Below are positions 1-10,438 of a DNA stretch of 64,000 nucleotides, piece by piece. The position numbers and the translations under genes are program-made. The stretch is from positions 16,394 through 80,393 of the forward strand of contig RDNZ01000007.1 of NCBI GenBank assembly GCA_011364905.1, in the 5' to 3' direction. A model generated the notes under the pieces. It searched no databases. It was not told where the DNA came from and worked only from the letters and a program-made list of their open reading frames with translations. Origin of the DNA: Candidatus Thorarchaeota archaeon (GTDB lineage Archaea; Asgardarchaeota; Thorarchaeia; Thorarchaeales; Thorarchaeaceae). Within the stretch, counting starts at the first letter, position 1, and every line of letters starts with the position of its first letter.

Positions 1-420
1 AACGAAACACCTTGGAATACACATAGAGAATGTTCTGAAGAGGAACTAACTGGGCTACTTGAAGCGGAGTTTGCGAGAGTCACTGAGGGCGATTATGAGA
101 ACCTGCTCTGCAATTTTCACGCGCCTCCATACGGATCTAATTTAGATGTAGCGCCCAAACTGACTAAGGATCATAGTGTTTCATATTCTGGGGGATTTGC
201 TCTCACAGAGCCCGTTGGGAGTACCGCTGTGAGAGATGTCATCATGAAGTATCAACCCCTTGTTGCAATGCATGGACATATCCATGAGTCAGTTGGATTT
301 ACAAACCTGGGGAAAACCCTTTGCGTCAATCCAGGCTCAGAATATCGCGAAGGCATATTGAAGGGCTTTATTATAACAATAGATGACGGAAAAGCCACAG
401 CTGGTCGTGTGGAACTCTGA
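1..420 (+). CDS. Metallophosphoesterase (Icc-related), 5'-truncated by window edge
   Basis: Frame +1 is open from base 1 (NETPWNTHRE...); HAPP, GHIHES and NPGSEY calcineurin-like motifs. Confidence 0.8.
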   Translation, partial: NETPWNTHRECSEEELTGLLEAEFARVTEGDYENLLCNFHAPPYGSNLDVAPKLTKDHSVSYSGGFALTEPVGSTAVRDVIMKYQPLVAMHGHIHESVGFTNLGKTLCVNPGSEYREGILKGFIITIDDGKATAGRVEL

Positions 421-530
421 AATCAGTTGGTAGGGACAGATAATATGCATAACTTCTCCCATTTTAGGTTTCATAATACTTAAAGTATGGATTAATCTCA
501 TATGAAATGCACTTAAACAATATCAAGTAG

Positions 531-1658
531 GTGTTGTGGATGAGACTGGAACTGAAAACTCGAACTGATGTTGAAGATTTGTCGACCGGCTGCACCTTTT
601 TTGGGACTGGCGGAGGCGGCAGTAAGGAATTAGGTCTTAGAATGCTATATCCGCATGTTGATGAAGGCAAAGTCATAACCATTATTGATGTATCAGATGT
701 GAATGACAAGGATTGGGTTGCATGTCCATACTACTCAGGAACGATTGCACCCCCCACACCCGACATCGAATCCGCAAGATCAAGGTTTCCTTGGGACTAT
801 TATGAAAAAGAGTTAGTGACAGGACTTCAAATGCTGGAGGACCATCTAAACATTAAGTTCTCAGCTGTAGCGCCATTTGAACTCGGAGGAGTTAATACAC
901 CAGCCCCAATTGATGCCGCACTCAAACATGGTATTCCTTGTGTAGATGGCGATTACTCAGGTAGAGCTGTTCCAGAAATATGTCAGAATACTGTTTGTGT
1001 TAAAAACTTCTCAATGGCACCTCTTGCGTTGGTGGATTGGTTTGGAAATAAAACTCTTGTAAAGGAAATCATCAATTACGAAATGGGTGAGAGGATATCA
1101 AAGGCAATTAGTGAGGTGGCATGGGGTAGAGTTGGTAATGTCGCTTTTCCGGTAAAAGGTCAAGAATTTCACAAAGTCATAATTCCGGGCACCCTTTCAT
1201 TGAGCTACAATGTGGGAAGAACAATAAGAGAATGCAGAGAGTCCGGTGACGATCCTGCAGAAAAAATTGTCGAAAAATATGGTGGATGGGTCCTCTTTAA
1301 AGGGAAGGTCGTTGAAAAGACATGGGAGAATCGTGAAGGCTACATGTGGGGAGAAACCTCAATCAAAGGTTCAGGAATCAAACCAGGCAGTACCCTCAAA
1401 GTATGGTTCAAGAATGAGAATCATATGACATGGCTAGATAATAAGCCATGGATTATGAGCCCTGATATCATAGAAGTCATAAATCAGAAGACAGGTGAAC
1501 CAATTACAAACACGGATATCAAGAATGGTGATCCTGTTAGTGTCATTGGTATGAAAGCTGCACATGATATCTTCAGAGAGCCTGCTGGACTTGAAGTACT
1601 TGGTCCAAAGCATTTCGGATTCGATGTAAAATACACACCCATCGAAAAAGTGGTATAA
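531..1658 (+). CDS. DUF917 family protein
   Basis: GTGGGG, E-GGxN, DGDYSGRAVPE and KNEN motifs; C-terminal GPKHFGFD. Confidence 0.85.
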   Translation: MLWMRLELKTRTDVEDLSTGCTFFGTGGGGSKELGLRMLYPHVDEGKVITIIDVSDVNDKDWVACPYYSGTIAPPTPDIESARSRFPWDYYEKELVTGLQMLEDHLNIKFSAVAPFELGGVNTPAPIDAALKHGIPCVDGDYSGRAVPEICQNTVCVKNFSMAPLALVDWFGNKTLVKEIINYEMGERISKAISEVAWGRVGNVAFPVKGQEFHKVIIPGTLSLSYNVGRTIRECRESGDDPAEKIVEKYGGWVLFKGKVVEKTWENREGYMWGETSIKGSGIKPGSTLKVWFKNENHMTWLDNKPWIMSPDIIEVINQKTGEPITNTDIKNGDPVSVIGMKAAHDIFREPAGLEVLGPKHFGFDVKYTPIEKVV

Positions 1659-1697
1659 ACATAAGGCTGGTTTCGATGGATTCATTGCAGTCCAAGT

Positions 1698-2402
1698 TCA
1701 TACTACAATATTGACGACATAGTGTTTCCTATACCAATTGGGCGTTGCCTTGACTATGATGCCATCGTAATCATCATTATAGAATTTGATGGGATTCTTG
1801 CTTGAGAGTTGATCCTCCTTTCTGAGTCTGAATTTTGCATGAGCGATTAAACGTTGAGTCCATTTTTTCAACGCATTATTCTCAGCTCGAAGAAGACTTT
1901 TGTGTTCAATCCAATAATCATCAATCATCCGCGCAGTCTTGAGGTTAATATAGTGACCAACAGTCCACTGGATGACAAAAAAGACAACCGCAACGGCAAC
2001 AAGCGGAAGAGAAATCGGTGCTAACCATACTAAAGAAAAGACGTATGTGGCAACTATGGTTGGGACCGCTGCAACCATCAAGAAGGTCGCTATATATCTC
2101 AATAACTGTCTCCTTTCATAAAGCTTGATAATTCCTGGAACCTTCGGTCCAACGGCAGCAAATTTGTGCAGTACCGTCCGGATAACTTTCCATTGATCCA
2201 CAAATGTGCGAGGTAGCCTACCTTCTCCAATTGCTTTTTCGATGAATGTAAGATCAAAGCACCTATGAATCCTGTATCCATCAAAGACCGTTATCATATC
2301 CTTGGTCCATTCAAGATCCAGACCTGTTGGAGAGAATTCAAATGAATTAAGATCTTGATCTTGTGAGGGTTCTACTCGTTTTCGTTTGCTCATTATTGTC
2401 AT
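1698..2402 (-). CDS. Hypothetical membrane protein (2 TM)
   Basis: 234-aa ORF with a central pair of hydrophobic helices. Confidence 0.6.
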   Translation of the reverse strand: MTIMSKRKRVEPSQDQDLNSFEFSPTGLDLEWTKDMITVFDGYRIHRCFDLTFIEKAIGEGRLPRTFVDQWKVIRTVLHKFAAVGPKVPGIIKLYERRQLLRYIATFLMVAAVPTIVATYVFSLVWLAPISLPLVAVAVVFFVIQWTVGHYINLKTARMIDDYWIEHKSLLRAENNALKKWTQRLIAHAKFRLRKEDQLSSKNPIKFYNDDYDGIIVKATPNWYRKHYVVNIVV

Positions 2403-2552
2403 TCCGTTATGGAATTTTAAATTCGGGCAGGTTTATTCAAGTCATAAGCCTTGCGTTTTAAGAATGCACACGAGTATTAAAGTCCAAGCGTCAAAAGATG
2501 GGAAAGAGTAAATAGGGGAGTACAATCCGAAAGGATGAATTGAACCTGTGGA

Positions 2553-3497
2553 TTGAGCCAGATGGAAGAATATGACAGAGCAGACATAGACTGGGAAATT
2601 AGCAGTGTGAATCCCTATTCAAAGGAGCGAGCGGAGCTTCGGATGAATGCAGACCAAATCGACTTCATTCTTCCAAGACGGAAAAGAGGACGTTCCTATA
2701 ATGTTGTCTTCAATGTCAAATGGGATGAAATTATTTCATTCGATTGCAGCCAAATCATTTACTGCAAAGATGAACTGACATGGCCTGCAGAAGAACCTCT
2801 TCCTAAGAAGTATGTCGAAATTGGGCCTGCAGGAATTTTCTTTTTATTTCTGAGAGCTGGTGGAGAGGCATTCTTTCAAATCTGGGCAATAGTCCCTCAA
2901 AGCGACATCGAGAAAATTACAGAATTCGCTCAGGAGCAACTGAGTCGTCAGAATGTTCCGGGCCTAGCTCATCATGGTACAACAGGAGTTGTCAACTATA
3001 TATTGGACCGATGTGAGATAATAGAGAAGATTCCCCTCCACTGGCACGACTGGATTCGAAGTGGACCATCTACAAAGCCGCGAGAAAAGTTTATGGAGAT
3101 TGACCCAGAACTTGTAATCTGTAAGGAAGGAATGGCTTTCAATTTTGCAGGGGCGAGTTCAAAGCTCAAACAGATGTCAACATTCTGGCCCTGGAGAGTG
3201 ATTCGAGAAATTGCCCCTTTGAAGGATGAGGTTCCTCAGATTGCCTACATCTGGCATGAAGATAACTACACATTCACTCAGCAAGTCTGGGATGACAGCG
3301 AGAGAAATGAAATACTCATGAAGGTTAAAACTGCCCACGAAGAATATCAAAAGGATGACTCGATTAAAGAACTTCGTTTGATTCGACCTTGGTCCTTCCC
3401 TTCTGTGTTTCATGACACATGGGATAATCTCAAGCCATTTGTATCAAAAGCGAGCAGAGATGGATTTCCACCAATTGAGGAGATCATAGAAGACTGA
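2553..3497 (+). CDS. Hypothetical protein
   Basis: 314-aa ORF with no recognised motif. Confidence 0.6.
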   Translation: MSQMEEYDRADIDWEISSVNPYSKERAELRMNADQIDFILPRRKRGRSYNVVFNVKWDEIISFDCSQIIYCKDELTWPAEEPLPKKYVEIGPAGIFFLFLRAGGEAFFQIWAIVPQSDIEKITEFAQEQLSRQNVPGLAHHGTTGVVNYILDRCEIIEKIPLHWHDWIRSGPSTKPREKFMEIDPELVICKEGMAFNFAGASSKLKQMSTFWPWRVIREIAPLKDEVPQIAYIWHEDNYTFTQQVWDDSERNEILMKVKTAHEEYQKDDSIKELRLIRPWSFPSVFHDTWDNLKPFVSKASRDGFPPIEEIIED

Positions 3498-3530
3498 TTA
3501 CTTATTTGAAAGAATTATAAAAAATAGAAG

Positions 3531-3549
3531 GAGAGAGCAAAGCTCTCTC
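3531..3549. terminator. Hairpin between convergent genes
   Basis: GAGAGAGC-AAA-GCTCTCTC; on the - strand it is followed by a T-rich tract downstream of the permease stop. Confidence 0.5.
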
Positions 3550-3560
3550 TCTAAGCTATT

Positions 3561-5120
3561 CTACTCTGGTGGAAGCTGTCCGAAGATGGCAGCCATGTCA
3601 ACACCTTTGGCCTTGTTCTTTGCACCATAGTACATGTACATCATCTGACCCCAGAAGTATACTGCGACAGTGAATAGTGTCTCGAATGCAACTCCTGATG
3701 TTGGGACAAATGAGACCAAGGCGTAGAAGAACACAGCGCCGCTTATCAGACCAGCGATGGAGACCAATGGTATACCTAGAAACTTCCAGCCACCAGATCT
3801 CTCCCATAGGGTTGGTCTGTAGTATGGCAAAGCCACTTCAGCTAGCGTGAACTGCCAGCGGATGAACACATATGTGAATGCCACTCCAATCGCTATAGAC
3901 ACATCATACCAGAGTGCCATTACAATAATGACAATCTGCACGAGGAGCCAGAAGTATAGCGAATTATGCGGGACATGATACTTGGGATGAATCTGAGCCA
4001 TAGCCTCAGGACACATCCTGTCCATAGCCATTGCATGGAACGGTCGAGTCACCCAAAGCGCATTGCTTGGTCCATCCAGTGTATTGGCTAATATTGGCTG
4101 CGTCACTAGAACTGCGCCGAGCATGGCGCCACTAGGTCCTAGGGCAATAGCAGCGAAGTTGCCAAATCCCGGAAAGATGCCAGCAGTAGAACCGGGGTTC
4201 TGTGCATTGTTCCAGTACAGCAGATCACCCATGCCCACCGTTACAGCAAATGCCGATAGCATGAAGAGGGCACCAATGCCGATAACACCACCAATGCAGC
4301 TCAAGGGGATGTTTCGGCTTGGTTGCGATACTTCACCTGCAACTGGCATGATCAGATATGGCCACATAATACCTACCGCAGTGGTAAGTGCTGCCGCGAC
4401 AGCAGACCAGCTTAGTGTCGTATAGTCACCAATGTTTGCGATATACGAATTTGAGACCAAGTCTGCATATGTATGTCCGGTACCGGCAAATAATGTGTCC
4501 CATCTGGCTTGACTAATCGGCATTGTGAGCAGGACAATGTCAGAAATGAGTAGTAATGCTATGACTATAAGTCCTAGGACTACTACGAACCACCCAAGGA
4601 TCTTGACACTCAAATAGCTAAATATGAAGCCAATGAAAGTCAAGACCAATGCCAAGGCGACAAGTACAATGGGATTTGTCAGTAATGCGGTACCCATACC
4701 CTCGATTCCTGCGTTTCCGGTAATAGCACCAATCGCAACAAGACCACCACCAGTGACCTTTGCTGAGAAGAAACTAGCGGAACCACGGAATACAGGATTT
4801 GTTATAACGCTACGCCATCCTTCCATCACACCGAAGATCGGGCTCAGTCCACGACCTACGAAGTGGTATGATGCCCCAGACCGAGGCATCGCAAGCATCA
4901 GGACCATCGTACCGATACCTTCGAAGAGGATGGCAAATGTACCCACTGCGAAGACAGGAACGAGCTGAGCACCTGCAAACCAAGTGCTTACCTGCGGTGC
5001 CACAAAGTGAAAGTATGGGCCAACAGTAAGAGCTATTGGTAGTAATAGCGCAAACCACGGACCTACTTCTTTCACCAAACCGGAGCTCTCACGGACGAAA
5101 AGTAACTGGTCGTCACTCAT
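3561..5120 (-). CDS. APC family amino acid/polyamine permease
   Basis: FVRESSGLVKEV N-terminus, MPRSG, AGEV, AMDR, HPKYHVP motifs, ~12 TM, LPPE end. Confidence 0.85.
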   Translation of the reverse strand: MSDDQLLFVRESSGLVKEVGPWFALLLPIALTVGPYFHFVAPQVSTWFAGAQLVPVFAVGTFAILFEGIGTMVLMLAMPRSGASYHFVGRGLSPIFGVMEGWRSVITNPVFRGSASFFSAKVTGGGLVAIGAITGNAGIEGMGTALLTNPIVLVALALVLTFIGFIFSYLSVKILGWFVVVLGLIVIALLLISDIVLLTMPISQARWDTLFAGTGHTYADLVSNSYIANIGDYTTLSWSAVAAALTTAVGIMWPYLIMPVAGEVSQPSRNIPLSCIGGVIGIGALFMLSAFAVTVGMGDLLYWNNAQNPGSTAGIFPGFGNFAAIALGPSGAMLGAVLVTQPILANTLDGPSNALWVTRPFHAMAMDRMCPEAMAQIHPKYHVPHNSLYFWLLVQIVIIVMALWYDVSIAIGVAFTYVFIRWQFTLAEVALPYYRPTLWERSGGWKFLGIPLVSIAGLISGAVFFYALVSFVPTSGVAFETLFTVAVYFWGQMMYMYYGAKNKAKGVDMAAIFGQLPPE

Positions 5121-5294
5121 TCTTGAGTTTCTCCTTTTTCTCTCTCACGACAGAATACCTATCAAATCGTGATAGCTAACAACAAATGAAACCTGATATT
5201 TAAACTAAAGGGTGCCTTTTTTTGGCACTTTAACTTCGACTTTAAGAATATTAGTTCCTATTCAATACGGCTATTGCCGGATTCATTCAATATA

Positions 5295-6077
5295 CTACGA
5301 TGAACGCCGAAGTCTTTTGAAAAACTCATGGTCCAAAAGGAGTACCTTGACATCCTTTGCACGAACGCCTGTTTGACTCTCCATCAGAACGTTGAGGATG
5401 ATCTCAATGTCCATTATATGAACAGGTGGTACTGATACCTTGATGTCGCGGGATGTATAACCCAGAGCCTCTTGTTTTCCTTCGTTCGTGACGATACCAT
5501 TCGTGATCAACACGCCTTGATTAGCTCCATGAGTCGGCAAAGAGCCACGGATTTCACGAATGAGATCACTACCGATTTTTCCATCGTAGTCACACTTCTT
5601 GGCGTAGACAACAACCGGCGAATGCCCACCATCATCCCGCCATGAGGTTATTATAACTACTGTGCTATTGTACTGGTCAACCTCAACAGCTTCCTCGATT
5701 CGAGCACGGACATTAAGCAGTACAATTCTAGCTAAGTCAGTAAACCCATCAATGTCAAGTTTCGCAATCTCATGACGCAACTCACGACGGGTCGCGCGAT
5801 TGAAATCAGCCGCTCGGGCACTCACCTCAGAGATAAGCTCTTCATCCACGGCTCCTTCACACAGGTCATTGTACTGATAGAGACCAGGTCCTACACGTTG
5901 AAAATAGGCGGGCCTGTTGTCTTCCAGGGCTTGTTTTCCTTCAATTGAAAGAGACGCTGAGACGGATGCTGGATCTCTTTCAAGGGCTTCTGCAATGTCC
6001 CTGTAATGGACAGGTTCTGCACGTGCGTGCTGTGCGAGCCATTCACGAAGAGTGAGTTTCGATGCTTTGTCTGCCAT
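5295..6077 (-). CDS. HTH (HARE-like) + Mrr-like restriction endonuclease domain protein
   Basis: N-terminal wHTH (VHYRDIAEAL...FQRVGPGLY); C-terminal Mrr_cat-like IREIRGSL...GVLITNG. Confidence 0.7.
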   Translation of the reverse strand: MADKASKLTLREWLAQHARAEPVHYRDIAEALERDPASVSASLSIEGKQALEDNRPAYFQRVGPGLYQYNDLCEGAVDEELISEVSARAADFNRATRRELRHEIAKLDIDGFTDLARIVLLNVRARIEEAVEVDQYNSTVVIITSWRDDGGHSPVVVYAKKCDYDGKIGSDLIREIRGSLPTHGANQGVLITNGIVTNEGKQEALGYTSRDIKVSVPPVHIMDIEIILNVLMESQTGVRAKDVKVLLLDHEFFKRLRRSS

Positions 6078-6105
6078 TCGATCGCGACCATTGATTTCAT
6101 ATGTT

Positions 6106-6226
6106 AGAGGGACTCCGCTTACTCGTTTTGAGGCAACTCATGCGAATGCGAGCGAAATACATCAGGGGCGGAAGACGAAACCCCTTATGATGTTTACCCT
6201 AGCCTGCATTTAGGAAGGGGCTTTCT
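6106..6226 (+). ncRNA. Putative structured RNA upstream of MoaD/ThiS gene
   Basis: Closing stem AGAGGGACTCC/GGGGCTTTCT (G-U pairs on +) enclosing a GAG-GCAA-CTC arm and an ACATCA-GGGG...CCCC-TGATGT arm. Confidence 0.4.
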
Positions 6227-6297
6227 TAATTTTGTATTCAGATGGGTAAATTTAAACTTTAACTCTGTATTAAGATAAACCAATGGTGTGAAGACAG

Positions 6298-6588
6298 TTG
6301 ACGGAGGTCTTTGTGAAGCTCATGAACAAGGGACTCAAACATGAGGAGCATGACAAATTCCCGTTTGAAACAAGTGAGAACGCCACTATTGGAGATTTAA
6401 TCGATGGGCTACATGAGGAGTATGGGGAGAGATTTGAAATCTACCTAGATGATAGAGGCAAAAGAACCTTGAGAAGAGATACAGTAGTCATCGTTAACGG
6501 AATGAACATGGTTGCAAGAAAAGGTGTAAAGACAAAACTGTCAAAGGGCGACCTTATTGTTTTCATGATTGCGGCTGTTGGTGGATAG
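6298..6588 (+). CDS. MoaD/ThiS/SAMP ubiquitin-like sulfur carrier
   Basis: Beta-grasp pattern (VIVNG...LSKGDLIVF) and C-terminal GG. Confidence 0.85.
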   Translation: MTEVFVKLMNKGLKHEEHDKFPFETSENATIGDLIDGLHEEYGERFEIYLDDRGKRTLRRDTVVIVNGMNMVARKGVKTKLSKGDLIVFMIAAVGG

Positions 6589-6622
6589 TACTGAATAAGA
6601 GGAGGGCGAAAAGTACCCTCAC

Positions 6623-7819
6623 TCAATCTTCAGGGAAATAATCCGGTTCAAGGATCTCAGGACTGATAATACCTGCAGAAACAGCTAACAGCTCAGCTAG
6701 ATCAAGGACTCGGACTTCCAAGTCTGCTTCATACATTCCATGTGTGAGGTTCATTTCACATGCAGGGCAAATAGTAGCCATCAGTTCTGCATCAGTCTTA
6801 ACAAAGTCGCGAATGCGTTCGTCTGATACCTTCTGAGAGTGGTCAGGGAACATTATCTTGCACCCGCCGCCACCACCACAACAAAATGCATGTTCACGAT
6901 TTCTGGACATCTCGATGAATTCTACTCCTGGAATCGATTCGATGACCTTACGGGGTGGCTCGTAGATGTCCCTGTACCGCCCAATCTCACAGGGGTCGTG
7001 GTATGTAATTTTCTTTTTCACCGACTGCTTGAGTTTGAGTTTCTCTTCTTTAACAATCTCTTCTAGAACCTCACTTGTATGCCGGACCTTGATTGGGAGT
7101 TTTTCAATTCCAAGGAGCTTAGGATATTCCTCATCAAAGGCCCTGAAGCAACTGGGACAAGGCGTGATAATCTCCTTGACACCGCGATCCTGCAGTTTTT
7201 TGAGGTATGCTTCAGCGTATTTCTTGGAGTGCTCCATCTTTCCAGTAATCCAATAGGGAGTGCCACAACAGGTCTGGTCTTCACCAAGAAAGTCGAGTTC
7301 ATACCCAGCTGCTTGAAGAAGCTGAACAAGAATGTTGGTTTTCTCCTTGAAACGATGACTGGCAAGACATCCGGGAAAGAATAGAGTCCCTGAACCTTTT
7401 TTGAACTCAAGACCTTCTGACCATTTGTTGTGAACTTTTGTGGGGTCAGCGAAGATGTTTCCCGAGGAAGTCACTGTGTCAGCCATATGTGCTCCAGCTT
7501 CTGGGATTTTAATCCCTTGATCGATGAAGTCTTGACGCATCGCTTTAGTGACTTCAATCACATCAATTTGAGCGGCCTTTTTGCACTCTTCTCGACATCG
7601 TCCACACATAAAGCATCCAAATACTCGCTCTGCGAGGTCCTCAGAGTATTCAAGTTTGCCTTCTAGAATTGCTCGTGCTATAGCCATTCGGCCTCTCGCT
7701 GTCGAGGATTCCCAGTATTGGGTGAAAACCTCTGGGCAACGGTCGTTGTAGTCGAAACCGCGACAAAACTCACACCTCCCACAGGCATAGATCATGTCTT
7801 TGTATTCTTCTATCCTCAT
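6623..7819 (-). CDS. Fe-S oxidoreductase (GlcF/HdrD-like, CCG domains)
   Basis: CxxCxxC clusters, CCG, TYHDPC, CCGGGGG. Confidence 0.85.
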   Translation of the reverse strand: MRIEEYKDMIYACGRCEFCRGFDYNDRCPEVFTQYWESSTARGRMAIARAILEGKLEYSEDLAERVFGCFMCGRCREECKKAAQIDVIEVTKAMRQDFIDQGIKIPEAGAHMADTVTSSGNIFADPTKVHNKWSEGLEFKKGSGTLFFPGCLASHRFKEKTNILVQLLQAAGYELDFLGEDQTCCGTPYWITGKMEHSKKYAEAYLKKLQDRGVKEIITPCPSCFRAFDEEYPKLLGIEKLPIKVRHTSEVLEEIVKEEKLKLKQSVKKKITYHDPCEIGRYRDIYEPPRKVIESIPGVEFIEMSRNREHAFCCGGGGGCKIMFPDHSQKVSDERIRDFVKTDAELMATICPACEMNLTHGMYEADLEVRVLDLAELLAVSAGIISPEILEPDYFPED

Positions 7820-9213
7820 CGCAGTTCCTCCTCTGGTATGTAGATTCCTCGTTGCAAGATGTTTTTGGGGTCCAGAGTCTTTTTGAGTGTCTTTAGCAAT
7901 CGATAATACCCAGTATCACGTTCCGCTACGAATCTCCGAAGGCCATCCCGCCCTCCAATCCCGTAAGGAACAACTGGTCCTCGCAATGTGATTTCATCAA
8001 TCTCATCAGCCATTTTTACTAGTTCTTTCCATTCTTCAGGTTCATTGTAATTGGTGACCATAAAGGCAAGCCAGTCCCTCGGGAGGATTTGCCCGCCAAA
8101 CCCAGCTTTCGTGTATCCACGCTTCTCTATGACCTCTTCTCTCCAGATTCTATACAAGAAAGTGATGTCATCAATCCTCAGAGATCCTGAACCAAAGAAG
8201 TGCCAAACACCTGTATTGAACAGGTCTTGAAGTCCAGTAAGAATGCGACCAAAATAGTCATCAGCTGGGGCACGGTCTCCAATCTCGCCGCCTAGTTCTT
8301 GGATTTTCGCAATTACCTTCTTCTTCCTGTGGTCAACAATCTCCCGCTCATAACCAAAAATGTCTATCATCATGAAGAAGACGTCCGGTGCGGAGGGATC
8401 TACCCACAGATAGACCCCTTGCAAAAACTCGTCGCCCACATGTCTATTGATGAAGTGTCCAAACTCGATGACGTCGTTGAGTGTCTTCATTGTAGCTGTA
8501 AATCGCTCAGAAATATCAGTCACAGGACGTATTCGTAATGAGAGTTCAGTACAGACACCAAGAATACCCTCTGCGCCAATGAACATCCCAGCCAAGTCGG
8601 GACCCAGGCATTGGCGCTTGAATTTGCCTGCACTCGGCCATGCAGCAGAACCAGTCTCCACAACATCTCCGTTTGGTAGAACCATTTCTAGGGAGATGAT
8701 GTCCTGGTTCCCATGAAATCCGAACTTAGCAGTTGAGTGTGGTCCACCACCAGCTTTCATGACAGATCCTCCAACTGTCATTGCAGGACCCCCAGCCTCA
8801 CTACAGAGATACGTCAGACCTTGTTTTCGTAGCTCTTGATCCAATTTCGCCCAGGTGCAGCCAGGTTGCACAGAAGCAACAAGATCTCTATCATTGATGT
8901 TTACAATCTTGTTCATCCGTCCTAAATCAAGCATGATTCCAGATTCCTGAGGAAGGTAAGCATCCCAATGAGAAGTTCCGCCTCCGCGAATGTAGACTGG
9001 AACATTCTTCTCATTCGCTATCTTGAGAATCGCTTGAATTTCCTCACGGGTTTCAGGCATTGCAACATGAGTTGGCATCTTTTGTTCTGATGGACTTAAG
9101 TCACGACTATACGGCAGCAAGTCGAAATTTCGATCGGTGACCCGACTTGGACCTACAACATCTTCTAATAGAGAGGTGATTTTTTTGATATCAACCATTG
9201 TGGCACTCTCCAA
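7816..9213 (-). CDS. FAD-binding oxidoreductase (GlcD/VAO family)
   Basis: RGGGTS, GAEGILG, DPKNIL; overlaps the Fe-S partner gene. Confidence 0.85.
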   Translation of the reverse strand: MESATMVDIKKITSLLEDVVGPSRVTDRNFDLLPYSRDLSPSEQKMPTHVAMPETREEIQAILKIANEKNVPVYIRGGGTSHWDAYLPQESGIMLDLGRMNKIVNINDRDLVASVQPGCTWAKLDQELRKQGLTYLCSEAGGPAMTVGGSVMKAGGGPHSTAKFGFHGNQDIISLEMVLPNGDVVETGSAAWPSAGKFKRQCLGPDLAGMFIGAEGILGVCTELSLRIRPVTDISERFTATMKTLNDVIEFGHFINRHVGDEFLQGVYLWVDPSAPDVFFMMIDIFGYEREIVDHRKKKVIAKIQELGGEIGDRAPADDYFGRILTGLQDLFNTGVWHFFGSGSLRIDDITFLYRIWREEVIEKRGYTKAGFGGQILPRDWLAFMVTNYNEPEEWKELVKMADEIDEITLRGPVVPYGIGGRDGLRRFVAERDTGYYRLLKTLKKTLDPKNILQRGIYIPEEELR

Positions 9214-9291
9214 TAGTAATAGTCTTGGGGCTCACCGATTAATTAAAGACTGCGGTTCGAATGCAATTTAAGAAGAGATTATAAAATTCAG

Positions 9292-10437
9292 ATGCTGAGG
9301 AAAGGAAGCATGAACCCGCGAGAGAGATTCCTTGCAGCTGTCAATCATGAAGAGCCGGACAGAGTGCCGTTGGACTATTGGACAACTCCTCAAGCATACG
9401 AGGGTTTGCGTGACCACATAGGAATTGTATCTCCAGAAACTCAAGAATGGGGAATCATGTCTTCTTGGAAAACATCAGAGGAATTACTCAGACGTCTAAA
9501 TGTGGACTTCAGACGCGTCTACATGAATCCAGCAGCTGATTTTGAACCCAAAATTCTCCCAGATGGTTCCACTGAAACTGAGTTTATGTGTGGAATGAAA
9601 TTGATAGGTGGATACTACGAGGTCACATACTATCCCTGGGCTGAGTTCACCGAGGTTGAACAGGTTGAGGATTTCGAATGGATTGACCCAGATGATCCAT
9701 CTAGAATGGAAGGAGTTCGGGATTGGGCAAAACACCTCCATGAGGAAACAGATTATGCGGTTGTTGGTATGGTTGGCGGTCCTTGGGGAGCTTTCGAGGT
9801 TGTAGCTCATTACATGAGGGGCTTCGACAAGTTTCTCATTGACCTTCTGAGGCATCAAGACCTCGCTGTAGCAATGATGGAAAAGAGCGCTCGGCTCGCT
9901 ATTGAAATGAACAGAGTGTTCTTAGACGAGGTTGGGGAATTTCTGGACATTGTACAAGTCGGTGATGACCTTGGTCATCAAGATGGGCTGTTGATCAGTC
10001 CCAGAATATACAGAAGCATGGTGAAACCAAGACACAAGAGAATCTACAGTGATATCCACAAGAGAGCACCACATGTCAAGATACTTTATCATTCATGTGG
10101 AGCAATCGAGCCAATGATTGAAGATTTGATTGAAGTTGACGTAGATATTCTTAATCCAATTCAACCTCTTGCCAAGGGAATGGACTCATTTGAGCTCAAA
10201 CGCAAATATGGTAATCGACTCACGTTTCATGGCGGAATTGACCTGCAGTTCGCAATGTCCGCGCAGGGATCATTGGACGATTTAAGGAAAGAGATTGACA
10301 CTCGGATCGATGCACTTGCACCTGGTGGAGGATACATCCTAGCTCCAGCACATAATATACAACCAGAGTCTACACCAGAGAAGATTCTCGAACTGTATGA
10401 CTATGCAACGAAGAGAGGCGTATATCCCATAAACTGA
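9292..10437 (+). CDS. Uroporphyrinogen decarboxylase / MtaA-CmuA (MT2) family protein
   Basis: PRER...EPDRVP, GDDLG, HSCG, GGIDLQ, GGGYILAPAH. Confidence 0.85.
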   Translation: MLRKGSMNPRERFLAAVNHEEPDRVPLDYWTTPQAYEGLRDHIGIVSPETQEWGIMSSWKTSEELLRRLNVDFRRVYMNPAADFEPKILPDGSTETEFMCGMKLIGGYYEVTYYPWAEFTEVEQVEDFEWIDPDDPSRMEGVRDWAKHLHEETDYAVVGMVGGPWGAFEVVAHYMRGFDKFLIDLLRHQDLAVAMMEKSARLAIEMNRVFLDEVGEFLDIVQVGDDLGHQDGLLISPRIYRSMVKPRHKRIYSDIHKRAPHVKILYHSCGAIEPMIEDLIEVDVDILNPIQPLAKGMDSFELKRKYGNRLTFHGGIDLQFAMSAQGSLDDLRKEIDTRIDALAPGGGYILAPAHNIQPESTPEKILELYDYATKRGVYPIN

Positions 10438-10438
10438 A

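Noticed and set aside
6159-6193. SECIS-like hairpin with GAA-rich loop
   Set aside because: It is not in the 3' region of any gene, and I found no gene with an in-frame TGA at a Cys position nearby.
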